A program made the translations under genes and the position numbers. A stretch of DNA of 63,096 nt, counting the filler, from Reticulomyxa filosa (Eukaryota; Protista; Foraminifera): the NCBI GenBank assembly GCA_000512085.1. It is 20 parts of 20 records of this genome, joined end to end, with 100 filler letters (N's around TTAATTAATTAA, not from the genome) between each part and the next. Parts side by side here need not be neighbours in the genome. Positions count along the whole stretch, not along the records: positions 12,814 to 15,271 come from ASPP01006739.1; positions 15,372 to 17,858 come from ASPP01002642.1; positions 17,959 to 19,246 come from ASPP01022315.1; positions 19,347 to 26,099 come from ASPP01013569.1; 16 more parts are not named here. One strand, given 5' to 3'. Position 1 is the stretch's first letter, and each line of letters begins with the position of its first letter. The notes under the pieces are model-generated. The model did not search any database and was not told where the DNA came from. It was given only the letters and a program-made list of their open reading frames with translations. Positions 12,814 through 25,099 of this stretch are shown here, piece after piece.

Positions 12814-13640
12814 TCAGCCCAGCAATATGAATTGTTTCCAGTAATACAATCTATCGTCTCATTATGGATGCCGTCTTTACTTGTGGATTTCAATCCACAA
12901 TGCGATCCATTACCTGACCACAACCAATCAAATACACACACACACACACACATACACAAAAGACGTTTCTTCTACTATTATCACTTTGTAGTCCTTCTTC
13001 ACAATACGTACATACACTTATGCAATATGTATATTTATATAAGAAGAAGGATGCAGATTTGTCTTTTTTTCTCTCTTCCTTTTTCTTTCTCCCCTCCCGA
13101 ATTTCCCTTTAGAAATTCTACCTGCGCAGGTCATGATCCCATTCTGGCAAGAATGCTCGCTTTGGCAAATCTTCAAACATGTGATCGAATCGATCGATTT
13201 GGACTTCACACCAATGCTTGATTCGCAATGCATGTTCACATTGTCACAGGCATCACGACCACTGCTGCAATATACACTGGCGTTTTTTCCACTATACATA
13301 TTCACCTCTTTACATGCACTTGATCCCATGCAGTGCACCTTGACTTTCTTTGAACGGGCCATGCTTGGACATATTATATTCAAATTCACACATGGTCTAC
13401 TGCCTATTGCATTCGTATTATGGCATTCATTTTATATTTGTATTATATTGATGCTGTTGCAAATGTGTCCCTCCCATCACGCATATACATGTCCTTTTAC
13501 AAACGCTTTTGTTAACTTGTGCAAGTGACTTCGTAATTTGAATCATTTGTGCAAATCAGGTTTCCAGTTATTATATCTGATGCATTTGTAGAGGTGCATA
13601 TCATAAAAAACATCAACAAAAGAATAAGCTGACAACACAT
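12814..13640 (-). CDS. Secreted cysteine-rich repeat protein, 3'-partial; exons 13640-13517, 13403-13122, 12913-12814
   Basis: Signal-peptide-like MCCQLILLLMFFMICTSTNA; recurring C-x4-5-C-x5-C units; phase-consistent GT-AG introns. Confidence 0.7.
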
Positions 13641-14117
13641 TTCCCGGATCGTGTGAGTTTTATTTCTTTTTTTTCTGTGTCGTTCCCGTGAAAACTTTGT
13701 TTCTTAATTTCAAATTGCAAGTGACTTTTTTTTTGCTAATAGCAAAAGACAGTGACAATTTCATTTTCTTAGAAAAGTATCTGATAATGGCATCAATTTG
13801 AGACAGCGATAAATTCAATCTTTGTGAAAATATAACCACTCAAAGATAATTGTCAAATATTAAAAAATAAGTAAAACAACGAAAAAGGTATTGGATCAAC
13901 TAAAAAATATCTTCTGCTGATGTGTGACTAGAACGGAGAAACAAATAAAATCTCGCCAATTGCGAAGATGAGACATGTAATGCCATATGAAAAGGGGGGG
14001 GGGGAGGTGAAAAAAAAATAAGATAATCACCATTCGTGAATAGGTGTGCTGAATTGATATTCTGTTGTATGTTTTTTTCTTCTTTTATCAACAGCGGATA
14101 AGCCAGCATTGTAGACT

Positions 14118-15089
14118 CTATGCCGACCATATTTTTTTAGCCAAAGACTTGACTTCTTGTTTCTCCAAAACACGCAGTTCTCGTTTTAAGTACACGTCCT
14201 TCTTTCGTTTGAAAGTGGCTTCCTTATTTTGCATCTGTCTTCGGAATTCCGCATAAGGCTTAGGATGTTTGTAGCCACGGGAAACACCCGAATTATATCG
14301 CAGTCGTTGTTTGAACTTTGTTTTGGAAAACAACACGTTTCTACGATTTATGCGTTTTTCAATTTTGTAATTGTTATTTTTGTCTTTAAAGCGCGCCTTA
14401 TCTTCGGCGTTTTCATACATTTGTCCGCGCATAGTTATCGATTCCAAGAATCGGATATTGTTGCGCGCAATCTTATGAACATCCGAATCATAACGCAATT
14501 GTCCTTGGTTATCTTTTGTTCGATCGATCAAATACAACTCACGCATTTTTTTTTGAGTTAAAAAGGGGTTCTTGTCCTCTTCTTTCAATTGTTTCAATTT
14601 CTTTTGTCTCGTCAGTTCGGGGTTGCTCTTTACTCGCACGTTTTCGATCCTTTGGTTCTTCAGTTCTTCGCGGATATCGCCATATTTTTTTTTATGGAAA
14701 GGATTTTCTTTATCTTCGATTTTGCGGTTCCCCCGGGTTTTGCTGGTACGGAATATTGTCTGCGAGCGACTGTCTACGAGTATTTGTTCCCCTTCATTTT
14801 CTAGGTCTTCCGACTCTCCTTTTTCCTCTTCTTCTTGTCCTTGTTCTTCGTCTTCCTCTTCTTCTACCTCTGCCTCTTCCTCTTCTTCTATCTCTTCATC
14901 TTCTGCTTCATTTTGCTTTGCCTTTTTTGTTTCCGCTTTCTTCTCCATTTTTTGTGGGGGGGTTATATAGACTACTCGCTCATTTCGTCGACATAAACTT
15001 GGTTCAGATGCGAGTGAATCAAATTCTTCGAGTTGCTTCCGTCTATGTTTTTCCAAATGACTTGCAAAATTCTCACCAAATAATGCCAT
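14118..15089 (-). CDS. Hypothetical protein with acidic tract and basic C-terminus (nucleolar-like)
   Basis: Intronless 323-aa ATG ORF with poly-E stretch and K/R-rich tail; family not recognised. Confidence 0.7.
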   Translation of the reverse strand: MALFGENFASHLEKHRRKQLEEFDSLASEPSLCRRNERVVYITPPQKMEKKAETKKAKQNEAEDEEIEEEEEAEVEEEEDEEQGQEEEEKGESEDLENEGEQILVDSRSQTIFRTSKTRGNRKIEDKENPFHKKKYGDIREELKNQRIENVRVKSNPELTRQKKLKQLKEEDKNPFLTQKKMRELYLIDRTKDNQGQLRYDSDVHKIARNNIRFLESITMRGQMYENAEDKARFKDKNNNYKIEKRINRRNVLFSKTKFKQRLRYNSGVSRGYKHPKPYAEFRRQMQNKEATFKRKKDVYLKRELRVLEKQEVKSLAKKIWSA

Positions 15090-15433
15090 TTTTTTTTTAC
15101 ATCACTCTTGAACCTTCCATTTTACTTTGCGTGCGTTTATTTTTCCCATCCTTTTAAAACAATAAGAGAAGAAGAGAATTGAAATTAAAGACTTTATGTA
15201 TAGACATCTGGCAGATCAAAAAATTCTCTATAAAAGTACGATAATATCACAATTCTTACGCACTGCTTAGTNNNNNNNNNNNNNNNNNNNNNNNNNNNNN
15301 NNNNNNNNNNNNNNNTTAATTAATTAANNNNNNNNNNNNNNNNNNNNNNNNNNNNNNNNNNNNNNNNNNNNTATACATATATATACATATATATATATAT
15401 GTATATATATATATGCATATGTATGTATTATAG

Positions 15434-16805
15434 GAAAAAGTATGTCAATTACAATTGGAAAATTCAATGCTAAAACCAAATATAGAAGCAAATGAAAAGA
15501 AAGATATTTTAAATATACCTAGCGAAAATGTCGCTTTAAAACAACAGCAAGATATTCCCAAACCCAATGATGAACAGGTGTGTTCTACACAATCACAAGC
15601 AAATAGAAACAAATATATACAAACAAATCCAATAGAAAGCAATACCCGCTGGACTTGAAGCAATGCAACAAGTCAAAGATAATGAGATTGAAAAACAGCA
15701 AATAGCAGACGATGAAAAAAAACAGGATAATAACAATTATACATACCCAGCAATTAATTTTGATATGTTTTATTCAGCATCAAAATTACTCAACACTTTC
15801 ATTGGACATATCTGTTATGTGAATAATATTGATTATTCAACATTTGATGGCGGTCAATTCATTTGTTTTGGGTCATATGATACAAAAGTTCACGTATGGG
15901 AAGTAGGAACAAATGAACAAGTTCAACTGTTCGAGGAACATTCAGATCGTGTTAGCTGTGTAAAATTTTCACCTTATCATTATTATAATTATCATCGTCA
16001 CATCATTTGTTCTTCGTCATATGACAAAACCTTTCGTTTTTGGGATATCAAAGATAATCGGCAATTGAAAATATTCAGAGAACACAAACGTTGGATTAGT
16101 GGAATTGAATTTTCATCTTTTAATGGTGGCCGATATTTGTGCTCTGGATCTGGTGACAAAACAATTCGCTTATGTGACGTTGGGACATCCAAATTATTAC
16201 ATATTTTCAATGGACATGAAAGTGATATTTGTTGTTTGGATATTTCACCATTGCAAAGCAATAGCAACAATAATCATATTGGTGTGATTGGTGGTAATGG
16301 ATATACTATTTGTTCTGGATCAAATGATAAAACCATTCGTGTATGGGATATTGAAACAGCCAAGCAATTGACGCTATTTAAAGGACATAAAAAGTTTGTG
16401 AACAGTGTAAAATATGGATCGAATGAATCAGCAAATATAATATTATCTGGATCAACTGATAAAAGTGTCCGTTTGTGGGATATTCGATCAAATGCACAAA
16501 TTCAAACGTTCAATGGACATACAAAAAATGTAACATGTGCTGAATATTCACCATTTGTAGTAAACAATAAAGAAGCTAGCGCTAGTTCAAATGTTATATG
16601 CTCTGGATCACATGATAGAACAATTCGCTTTTGGGATATTCGATCAAATAAAAATGCATTGCATATGATCAAGGAAGAAAAAATTGAAGATAATGGGATA
16701 ACATGTCTTAAATTTGTTCCAGTGAAAAAGAAAGAAAAGAACTGTGGTTGTAATTTCAACTTGTATTATGGTTCAGCTAATGGCTATATTCGTATTTGGG
16801 GATGA
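15434..16805 (+). CDS. Coiled-coil + WD40-repeat protein, 5'-partial, apparent frameshift near 15650
   Basis: Seven WD40 blades of the family (IGVIGGNGYTICSGSNDKTIRVWD); the upstream Q/K/E-rich ORF ends at 15658 in a different frame. Confidence 0.85.
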
Positions 16806-17182
16806 TACACATTTTCCAACAGGAAACTAAACTAATTTTATTTCAAGCTATACAAAACACAAAAAAACACTTTGATTGAATGGTGAGCAAACCTTTCTGT
16901 TGCTGAATAAATAAGTGAAAATAATCGCTTTAAAATTTAGTGAATTCTAATATACAGACCTTTTTATTTCTCAAATTGAATTTGCAAAAGTAAAAAAAGT
17001 ATTAGATTTAATTTTATAAATTAATAATAACAAAATTCAAGATTATATAGGCTATGAAAAACTATCGTTGCCAGTGATTTGCAATTTCTTCTGTTGGTGT
17101 AATTGTCTTTGAAACAAGCTGAGCGTTCTTTGACAAAAAAAAGGGAAGTATTTTCGTTTCTCGCCTTAAATAAGTAAAAATT

Positions 17183-17830
17183 ATGTCAAGAAAAAGGCTG
17201 GCTCCAGACGATGAAAATGTTGAAAAAGATACAACGGAACCTCTTTCTAAAAAAAGGAAGTTGCAAGTAACAGAAAGTGAAAAAAAAGAGGAAGCCCCTC
17301 AGAACAAGCCAGAAACAGAGCAAAAAGAGGAAAAGACAGAAAAAAATACAACAAGCAGCGAAGCGTGTGTGACATTGGAGAGCATAAAAAATGTAATGGA
17401 ATTTGATCCAAACGAATGCAAATCACGGGTAGAAGTGTATGAAAAAATGGAAGAGATTGCCCGTGCACTTTTACATGAAATAGTGGTCGTAATAAAAGAC
17501 CAATTGTATCGCTTTTGTGAGTTTGAGTTTTACGTGTTGGATGGGACCCATCATTCTGACATATTTGCTCATTGTGACCACTTGCAGTTTCACACAAGTT
17601 GTCAATGGTACTTCCATAAGGCCGGCAACCGAAGTGTGGAAGGCTTTCATTACATGCGAACGCCGAGCGAGAAAAGGTCAGAATGGACAGAGCGTGCGTC
17701 TTCCTATCGTAGTGGCAGCTATAAAGGATTGGATATTACCATTGGCAAAATGCAAGTCACATTTGGAGGGATATTGATCAGGAGCATTCAACGATTAAAA
17801 CCAATGAACACCCTTTTCAGGTTTTCCTAA
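17183..17830 (+). CDS. MPG/AAG (methylpurine-DNA glycosylase)-fold-like protein, probably 3'-partial
   Basis: YRFCEFEFY...H..DIFAH...WYFH...YRSGSYKGLDITIG...GGILIRSI parallels the MPG motifs (I.E.E.Y, D.a.H, vLIRa); NLS-like and acidic N-terminus. Confidence 0.6.
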   Translation: MSRKRLAPDDENVEKDTTEPLSKKRKLQVTESEKKEEAPQNKPETEQKEEKTEKNTTSSEACVTLESIKNVMEFDPNECKSRVEVYEKMEEIARALLHEIVVVIKDQLYRFCEFEFYVLDGTHHSDIFAHCDHLQFHTSCQWYFHKAGNRSVEGFHYMRTPSEKRSEWTERASSYRSGSYKGLDITIGKMQVTFGGILIRSIQRLKPMNTLFRFS

Positions 17831-19346
17831 CTGTTCAAAAAAAAAAAATATAAATAAANNNNNNNNNNNNNNNNNNNNNNNNNNNNNNNNNNNNNNNNNN
17901 NNTTAATTAATTAANNNNNNNNNNNNNNNNNNNNNNNNNNNNNNNNNNNNNNNNNNNNTAATGTTGTTTACTTTTCGGCCCAAAGTTTTGACTTTCACCA
18001 TCTCATTTTGTAAAGTTAATGGCGAATGTTCCAAATCGTTATGAGGTTCCGGGGTACATAGAGCATGCTTCATTGTTAGTACGTTGACTGTAAACCTGTA
18101 TACTCATGATTGAAAAATAGGTTTATTTTTTATTATAAAGATTTAAGTTGAGGAAGAAAGTTTTTCTTATGCAATCGATGATGGGGAATCTCGCTAAACA
18201 TCGATTGGTGAAATTCATGTGAATTAACTTTGATTTTTGACAAAGTTAGCTGCGATTATTTTTTTTGCAATAATATTTGCATATAACAAAACCTTTTCGT
18301 AGAATGACTTTGATTTACTATTTTGAATCATAAGGAATTGTAAATTATTTTGAACAACATATTTGTTGCTTTTTCAAAATAACTTTTTAAAAAGTTGGGT
18401 GTTAGATCCTTTTTACGTTGGAAAGAAATGAAAACTTTTTTTTAAAATTTATGTTGAACAAAAATCCAAATTGAAATTTGTCAAATGAGTTGAGCGATGA
18501 TGACTATAATTTCAAGACAAAAAACAATGAAGAAATAGATGTTTTGGCTTTAATGAATTAAAAGAAAATACAGTACTGTCATAGCTTTAAATTTTATACA
18601 AATGATGCATATGTGTGTACGTATTGTAGCAAGTTAATTTTTTTTTTTAAAATTTTTCATTAAGTTTACCAGCAGATCACCTATGATGGACACATGTCTA
18701 CTAATAATATAGAAAAAAAATTTGAATATAACCAATGTAGCAAGCGATTCAACTAATATTCGATAATTTTGTTCAATTGTAGTGATTCTATTATTTGTCG
18801 AATCCTTAAAATCAATTTCTTTATATATGTATATAATTAAATTTTTTTTATTATTTACATAAAACCAAATTTGAACATTAAAAAATATATAATTTTGAAT
18901 TATCATATTACAGAAAAGTAAAATTTAGGATACATAAAGTTTAAGTAAAAATGATATTTGTTTCAATCATTCGCAATTGTTTAGTTTGTGATAATTGAAT
19001 ATGTAGTAGTATCATGATGAAAAGCAATCGCTACAATAATGCACTTTGCACTTTCTTTAGATAAATAAGTGAATCTTTGCATTAATTGTTTGATTAAGTT
19101 TTTTTTCTAAGCTTTATGAATGCTTAATTTCGCTTTTATATAATCAGCAAATTAATAAAAAAATGATTTTAAGTATTCTACAAATTACACTAGTAATATA
19201 AATATTTTTCTAAATAGTACTAAAAGAAAAAATATTTGTATTATATNNNNNNNNNNNNNNNNNNNNNNNNNNNNNNNNNNNNNNNNNNNNTTAATTAATT
19301 AANNNNNNNNNNNNNNNNNNNNNNNNNNNNNNNNNNNNNNNNNNNN

Positions 19347-19383
<37 letters not shown>

Positions 19384-19385
<2 letters not shown>

Positions 19386-19608
19386 GGCCATGCCCAGTGG
19401 AGACGCAGCTCAAGCTGCGGTTGCGGCAGTGCTACTTATATTCCATGGCTATTCCAAGTGGTGGCTGGTCATGCTACCTATCGTCGGTGGATTTGGTCGC
19501 ACTTATTTTGGCAGCCATTGGATTGGAGACTGTGTTGTTGGGGCCACTTATGGGGCTTTGTCTTGCTATTTCATTTCTTATCATTGTTACCCTCATTTTT
19601 CCAATTAA
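19384..19608 (+). CDS. PAP2-family phosphatase, terminal exon
   Basis: MPSGD (C2 motif, normally PSGH) and GRTYFGSHWIGD (C3 motif SR-x5-H-x3-D) between TM helices. Confidence 0.8.
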
Positions 19609-20839
19609 AAATGCTTCATTCCTTGTTTTTTCTTTGTTTGTTAATTGGTTTGTTTTTTTTTTTCAAACGCTAATGTAAATTCATACTCTCGCAATTGTTT
19701 TCCTTCGTTATACAAAAAAAAAAAAAAATCATTTTTGTTTGTTTGTTCGTTTTTACTTTCTTTATTATTATTATTCACTTGTCTCGTTTAACGAAGAACA
19801 TAACAAAAAATAAACGTATGTGATAAATAATAATAAAATACAATTGTATGGCTTGTATAATAGGTAGTTTTTTTTTTAGTTTAAATTGGGAGAGGGAAAA
19901 AAAAATACTCGAAAAAAAGGGGGGAAAAAAATACGAAAATATCACCACTTTAATTTGTTTTCCCCTTCTTTTGTTTGTTTTTTTACTGTTGTTATTTTGG
20001 ATCTGTGATAAAGCCAAGGACGAAGGAATACAATGCAACAAACTATTTTATTTTTATTGCCTCTTTTGTTTGTTGTGGAGAAATAAAATACTAGATAAGT
20101 TTTTTCCAAGGAAAATAGGACATCCAATGGGTGCCAACAAAAATATTGTTTGTCCACACCATTCCTTGACCAAAAAGACAAAAAAAAAGGCTTTCAATTT
20201 TTTATTGAAGTCTCTGTATTGTTGGTAAATTTGGGTGAACGGAACTCAAAAATGACTTTTTTCCCAAGTTTCATATGTTGGGGCCATGTTTAATTTTGTT
20301 ATCTCTTGGCTGTCGTCATATTTATAAAATGTGGCCTACAATGCAAGTGATTAATTATTTTCTAATTTTTTTAAGGCAATGTAAACGTTAATTGTATTTT
20401 ACATTTTTTTGGAAAGCATTATCTTTCTTTTTGCTGTAGCATTTGCATATGACGACTTTGAAATAACTTGTAAAATTTTGTTGTATTTTTTTCTTGTGTT
20501 TGTTTTGACTATATCAACAAAACATTACGAATTGTACTGTTTCCACATCATAGTATGGACATAAACGCTCCTCTTGTTCAAGCCAAGCAAATCAACTACT
20601 CAACTTGCTCTTTAAACAAGTAAAACAGGTAATCATTTCAAAAAAAAAAGTTAAAAAAATCGATTGAACTTATCACTGTGGTCCCCGTCGAAAGAGAAAT
20701 ACTTACAACTAGCTGAAGATTAAACAATTTAATTTTTTTTTAACATAAGGAAAAACTTGTATACTTTCCAAGTTGTTGTACCTTTTTTTTACTGTCTTTT
20801 TTTTGGTTCAAAGGACCCCTCAGATTCAAAAGAAATTTA

Positions 20840-21841
20840 ATGACCAAGATTGCGTCCGAGACACGCCTCTCTAAATACGATCCTTCCAAGCATATTGTAA
20901 AGATAACAAGTGATGGAAAGAATTTCTCTTCACTACCGTTGATAGGCTTTGGGACTTTTCAGCTGAAAGGAGAGCAATGTGAAGGGCCTGTAAGGTACGC
21001 ATTAGATTGCGGCTATCAGCACATAGATACAGCCCAGGTATATTATAATGAGGCCAACATTGGAAAAGTAGTATCTTCGTATTATCAAAAAAGTGGTAAC
21101 AAACCATTTCTCACAAGCAAGTTGGCACCAAAGATTATGAGACAATCCGACACAATGATCAAAGAGTCAATCCGTAACACATTGAAATATTTAGAAACAG
21201 AGTCACTTGATTTGTTCTTAATCCACTGGCCAGCAATTTCAGGGAAGAAATTGACAGATCCGATCCATGCGAAATACAGACTCCAAACTTGGCAAATATT
21301 GGAGGAGTTCAAAGACAAAGGTTATTTCAAAAACATTGGAGTCTCTAACTATGAAGTCCGACATGTGCAAGAAATAGTGTCCATGTTTGAAGCGAATAAG
21401 TGCAAGTACAGGCCAAGCGTAAATCAAATTGAGTTTCATCCGTTGTATACACGTTGGGATATAATCGAATATTGTCGAAAAGTGGGCATTCAAATTATTT
21501 CGTATGCCAGTTTGGGCGGATATGAATCTACATTGAGTTATTCGGAAAAAAAAAAACAAAACAAGGATACGACGTCAATAGAAGCACATCCATTGCTGGA
21601 TCACAAAGCCATTCAAAGTATTGCACAACATTACCACAAAAGTGCGGCCCAAATTTTGTTACGATGGTGCATTCAGCATGGTGCGGCCATCATACCAAAG
21701 TCTTCCCATAGCAAACGAATCCAAGAAAATTTTGATATCTTTGACTTTGAGCTTTCTCAAGCACATATAGCCGAAATTGACAAGATTGGTGCGGACAACA
21801 AGCAGCGTAAATTTGCTTGGAATCCTTCTGAAATTGTCTAA
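20840..21841 (+). CDS. Aldo-keto reductase
   Basis: IGFGTFQ, IDTAQVYYNE, TSKL, LDLFLIHWP, IGVSNY, NQIEFHP, IIPKS; catalytic tetrad D/Y/K/H present; intronless 333 aa. Confidence 0.95.
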   Translation: MTKIASETRLSKYDPSKHIVKITSDGKNFSSLPLIGFGTFQLKGEQCEGPVRYALDCGYQHIDTAQVYYNEANIGKVVSSYYQKSGNKPFLTSKLAPKIMRQSDTMIKESIRNTLKYLETESLDLFLIHWPAISGKKLTDPIHAKYRLQTWQILEEFKDKGYFKNIGVSNYEVRHVQEIVSMFEANKCKYRPSVNQIEFHPLYTRWDIIEYCRKVGIQIISYASLGGYESTLSYSEKKKQNKDTTSIEAHPLLDHKAIQSIAQHYHKSAAQILLRWCIQHGAAIIPKSSHSKRIQENFDIFDFELSQAHIAEIDKIGADNKQRKFAWNPSEIV

Positions 21842-22253
21842 TTTTTTTTTTTTTGTTAAATTCTTCCAATTTGTCGGCTACTTCGGTTTATTCATTCGAG
21901 CATTTAAATCACAAAAAAAAAAATTATTATTTTTTTTTTTTTTTTGCGAACATGAGTTAAAAATATTACACAACAAGAAGTTTTTAAGTTCATTTAAAAA
22001 TTTCAAAAAAGATTGTTAAAAACACAGGGAAAAAAAAAAAGTGTTTTTGCTGAAAAATAACAACTCAAAACTTACTAAAAAAAAAAAAAAAATGCTTAAT
22101 TTTTTCTAATTAAAAAAAACACACACTGCAGAACTTAAAAACATTGAAACAACCGAAAAAGCATTTTTGTATTTATTTTCATTGAAGAAAAAACGACTAA
22201 GCACATTTAAAATATCGGATATTGTATTCTATTGTGTGTGTATCAAGTACAAT

Positions 22254-24823
22254 TTAAGGACGCTCTTGTGAAAGTGATTGAAAAGAAAGGTCTTGAATAT
22301 TTTGTAATAAAGCGTCAAATGGTAGAGTTTTTTGAAATCTGATAAACGAGTCTTGCAGCAATTGGAACACGTCTTTGCAAACAGGGTCAAACAAATTAAA
22401 GTAATCGTAAAAAGTCAATTTGTTAATGTCGTCATTATCAGCAATACCACCAAACCATTTTTTTCGATCGGCCATCCAAAGCTCCAATTTTTTTCGTGTC
22501 TCACCACGGACATTAAGTTCGTAACTGCTGTTTTTAGCAATATATTTTTCGTACAATTGATATGCAACCCATCGACAACGCAACATTAACGACGTAGATT
22601 TGCTTTTTATACTTTCCGCACTTTGTGACTCTCCTTTTGGAAGAGACTCTGGTTTTTTCAACTCTTGCGAATCACTCAACAACCCTTCTGTCAACGATGT
22701 TTTGTCATAGCTTTTGTTTATGTCCTTTTCGATTGCTGGAGTGCAAGCCACTCCAAAATTGCTGGGTTGGTTAAAAGTGGAGTGGCTCTTTTTCTTCGAA
22801 GCCTCCGTAGATGCACGCGAAAACAGTGAATCGCCGCCAGGATTCATCCGAGTAAATATCTCCGGCGAATATGAGGAATAATAAACAATATACGACTTTG
22901 GCACTTGTCCCGGGATATTTATCACTTCAGGCCCAAGTCGATACTTTATCATATGCTCTTTTGGATCAAAGTTTTCGAGCATGCTAAAATATTCACTATA
23001 TAAATACTCTTGATAATGCAAAAATTCTGTTATACTACCTGATATATACATATGCATATATTTGTACATATACATATATACATATATGTATATATTTATT
23101 TATATGTTATGTATAACTTTTTTGTCCAAAAAAAAAAATAGAGAAAGATTGAAATGACTCAACTCAAACATTCCATACTGAATTCCGTAGCCAAATGCTT
23201 CATAAGCAAATCATATCCTCGATCGTTGTTGATGACTTGAATCAGCGATAAATCCGGCTTCACTTTCTCTGGTGTATCTTTTACAAAGGACAGACTTTGT
23301 CTCAGCACGTCTTCCTGTTCCGCTTTGTGATAATGACGAATATCTTGCATTGACGCCCTATTTCATATTTCATATTTCAATCACACTCCATCTTTGGACT
23401 TGATTTTTTTTTTTTTTTTGCAAATTACCCAACTTAACATTTTGTTAAAAAAAAGTTTGAATTTCTCCAGCACCCAATACGTTGCATTTTTTTTTTTTTT
23501 TTAAAAAAAATTGAAGACATACACATGTACACATACGTACATATATAAATATGCATATAGTGTGTATATACAATGGAAGATACAACAAATGAAAACATTA
23601 GAACATTATTAAAAAAAAAAAAAAAAGAAAAGATTTAAAACAAACCAATTCTGGTGTTCCAATACAAAATGATTTGCACACAAAAGCCTCCACAAAAGAT
23701 GGCAACAAAATAGTATCTTGTGCACGGTTCCGCAACAAAGGCATCAATGGCTACTTGTCCAAGTAGACATAACACAGATCCTGTTACCACTCGGAACACC
23801 TTGCTCAACTCTTCCATCACCTTTTTTTTTTTTGGTTTTTTTGTGTGTATGTGTGTGTGTACATACTTTTTTTTTTTGTGTCCCTCATACCATATATGTA
23901 TGTGTATATGTACATGTATATGGATAACTTGTGTATGTATAGTATTCCAGAAATGAAAACACAAAACTAAAAAACTATCTTCAAAAGTGGGGACAAACTT
24001 CCATAAAAAAGAAATGCCAATGTACGGCGTGATGAACAAGAAGAAGTAAATGCCATAGGCAATATAAATGTCCTTCCATAGTGCCACCCCCAACGCAACA
24101 GCGGCAATGAAGAGGGCCAAATAGGTAACTCTGCCCGTGAAGTGTAAGCGTCCGTACGTAAACCGATGCTTTATAAACCAATTGTGTTGGCCAATCTTGG
24201 GATTCAACAGTTTTTTCCATTGCTCTGTTGATGTCGCTTGTGTCCATTTTATATCATAAAATATCATCCTTTTTATTTTTTCCAAAAAAAAAAAGTTTAA
24301 AATTAAGAGATGCAATACGTATATATATATAATTTTTTTATATATTTTATTTTATTTAAAAAAAAAAAAACATTGATTGCAAAAGGGTTACTTTTTTTTT
24401 TTTTTTTTTTACTTTTTCCTTTTTTCCCTTTTTTTTTTCTCTTCTTTTCACCCCCTTTTGTGGACTTAACCAGTATCTCCAACACCAACAAAACAAATAC
24501 GCCACTCCGGCTAACATTGACATATACAAGGGAATATTGAACAAGTAAAAGTTTGAAGAGTTCAATTTGCAGTGAGCGATATCAATGAATTGAAACGAAA
24601 TAAAATAACCGATTTGGGACAACGAGTGTCCCAAAAAATACACAAGTTCATGCAATGTTATCAATCCATATCTTTTTTTCAACACCACATAATCCTTGTG
24701 TTTGTAAAACGTTAACCCGTTTTTTATTGTATCCAAAATTAGCACCGAATTGCATGTTATACCAAAGACTCCACAGACAAATAAAATTAAGTCTTCCCTC
24801 GTAGAAAGATCAGGAAACACCAT
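22254..24823 (-). CDS. 7TM-RGS protein, complete; exons approx. 24823-24471, 24268-23968, 23820-23646, 23484-23439, 23357-23164, 23038-22254
   Basis: Seven hydrophobic segments, FEDSFLVMEEL linker, RGS box (MKHLATEFSMECL...LYEKYIAKNSSYELNV...LFDPVCKDVFQLLQDSFIRF) split by a long insertion. Confidence 0.85.
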
Positions 24824-25099
24824 AATGGAGTTTCTTGTTTCTTCTGCATAAAAAAAACCTTTTTTTTTTTGAGTGCAAGAACAAAGTTCTTTAACTCACC
24901 ACTAACAGATAAACTTTAAAGTAAAGTAATTCCTTTTTATAAAATCAATAAGAATGTGATTGTTTTGAAAATTGATTTTTTAAGTGCTTGGCTATTTAAA
25001 TGGCTATTACTTGTTTAGTCGAAAACGAGGTATTATGAGAGTATTCGTGACACAGTTCCTGGCCTAGCCAATTACAGATTCAGTAAACAGAAAAAAGCA

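Noticed and set aside
18569-18581. TACAGTA / GACAGTACTGTC (also 62855-62866) as excision footprints
   Set aside because: Too short to distinguish from chance in AT-rich DNA
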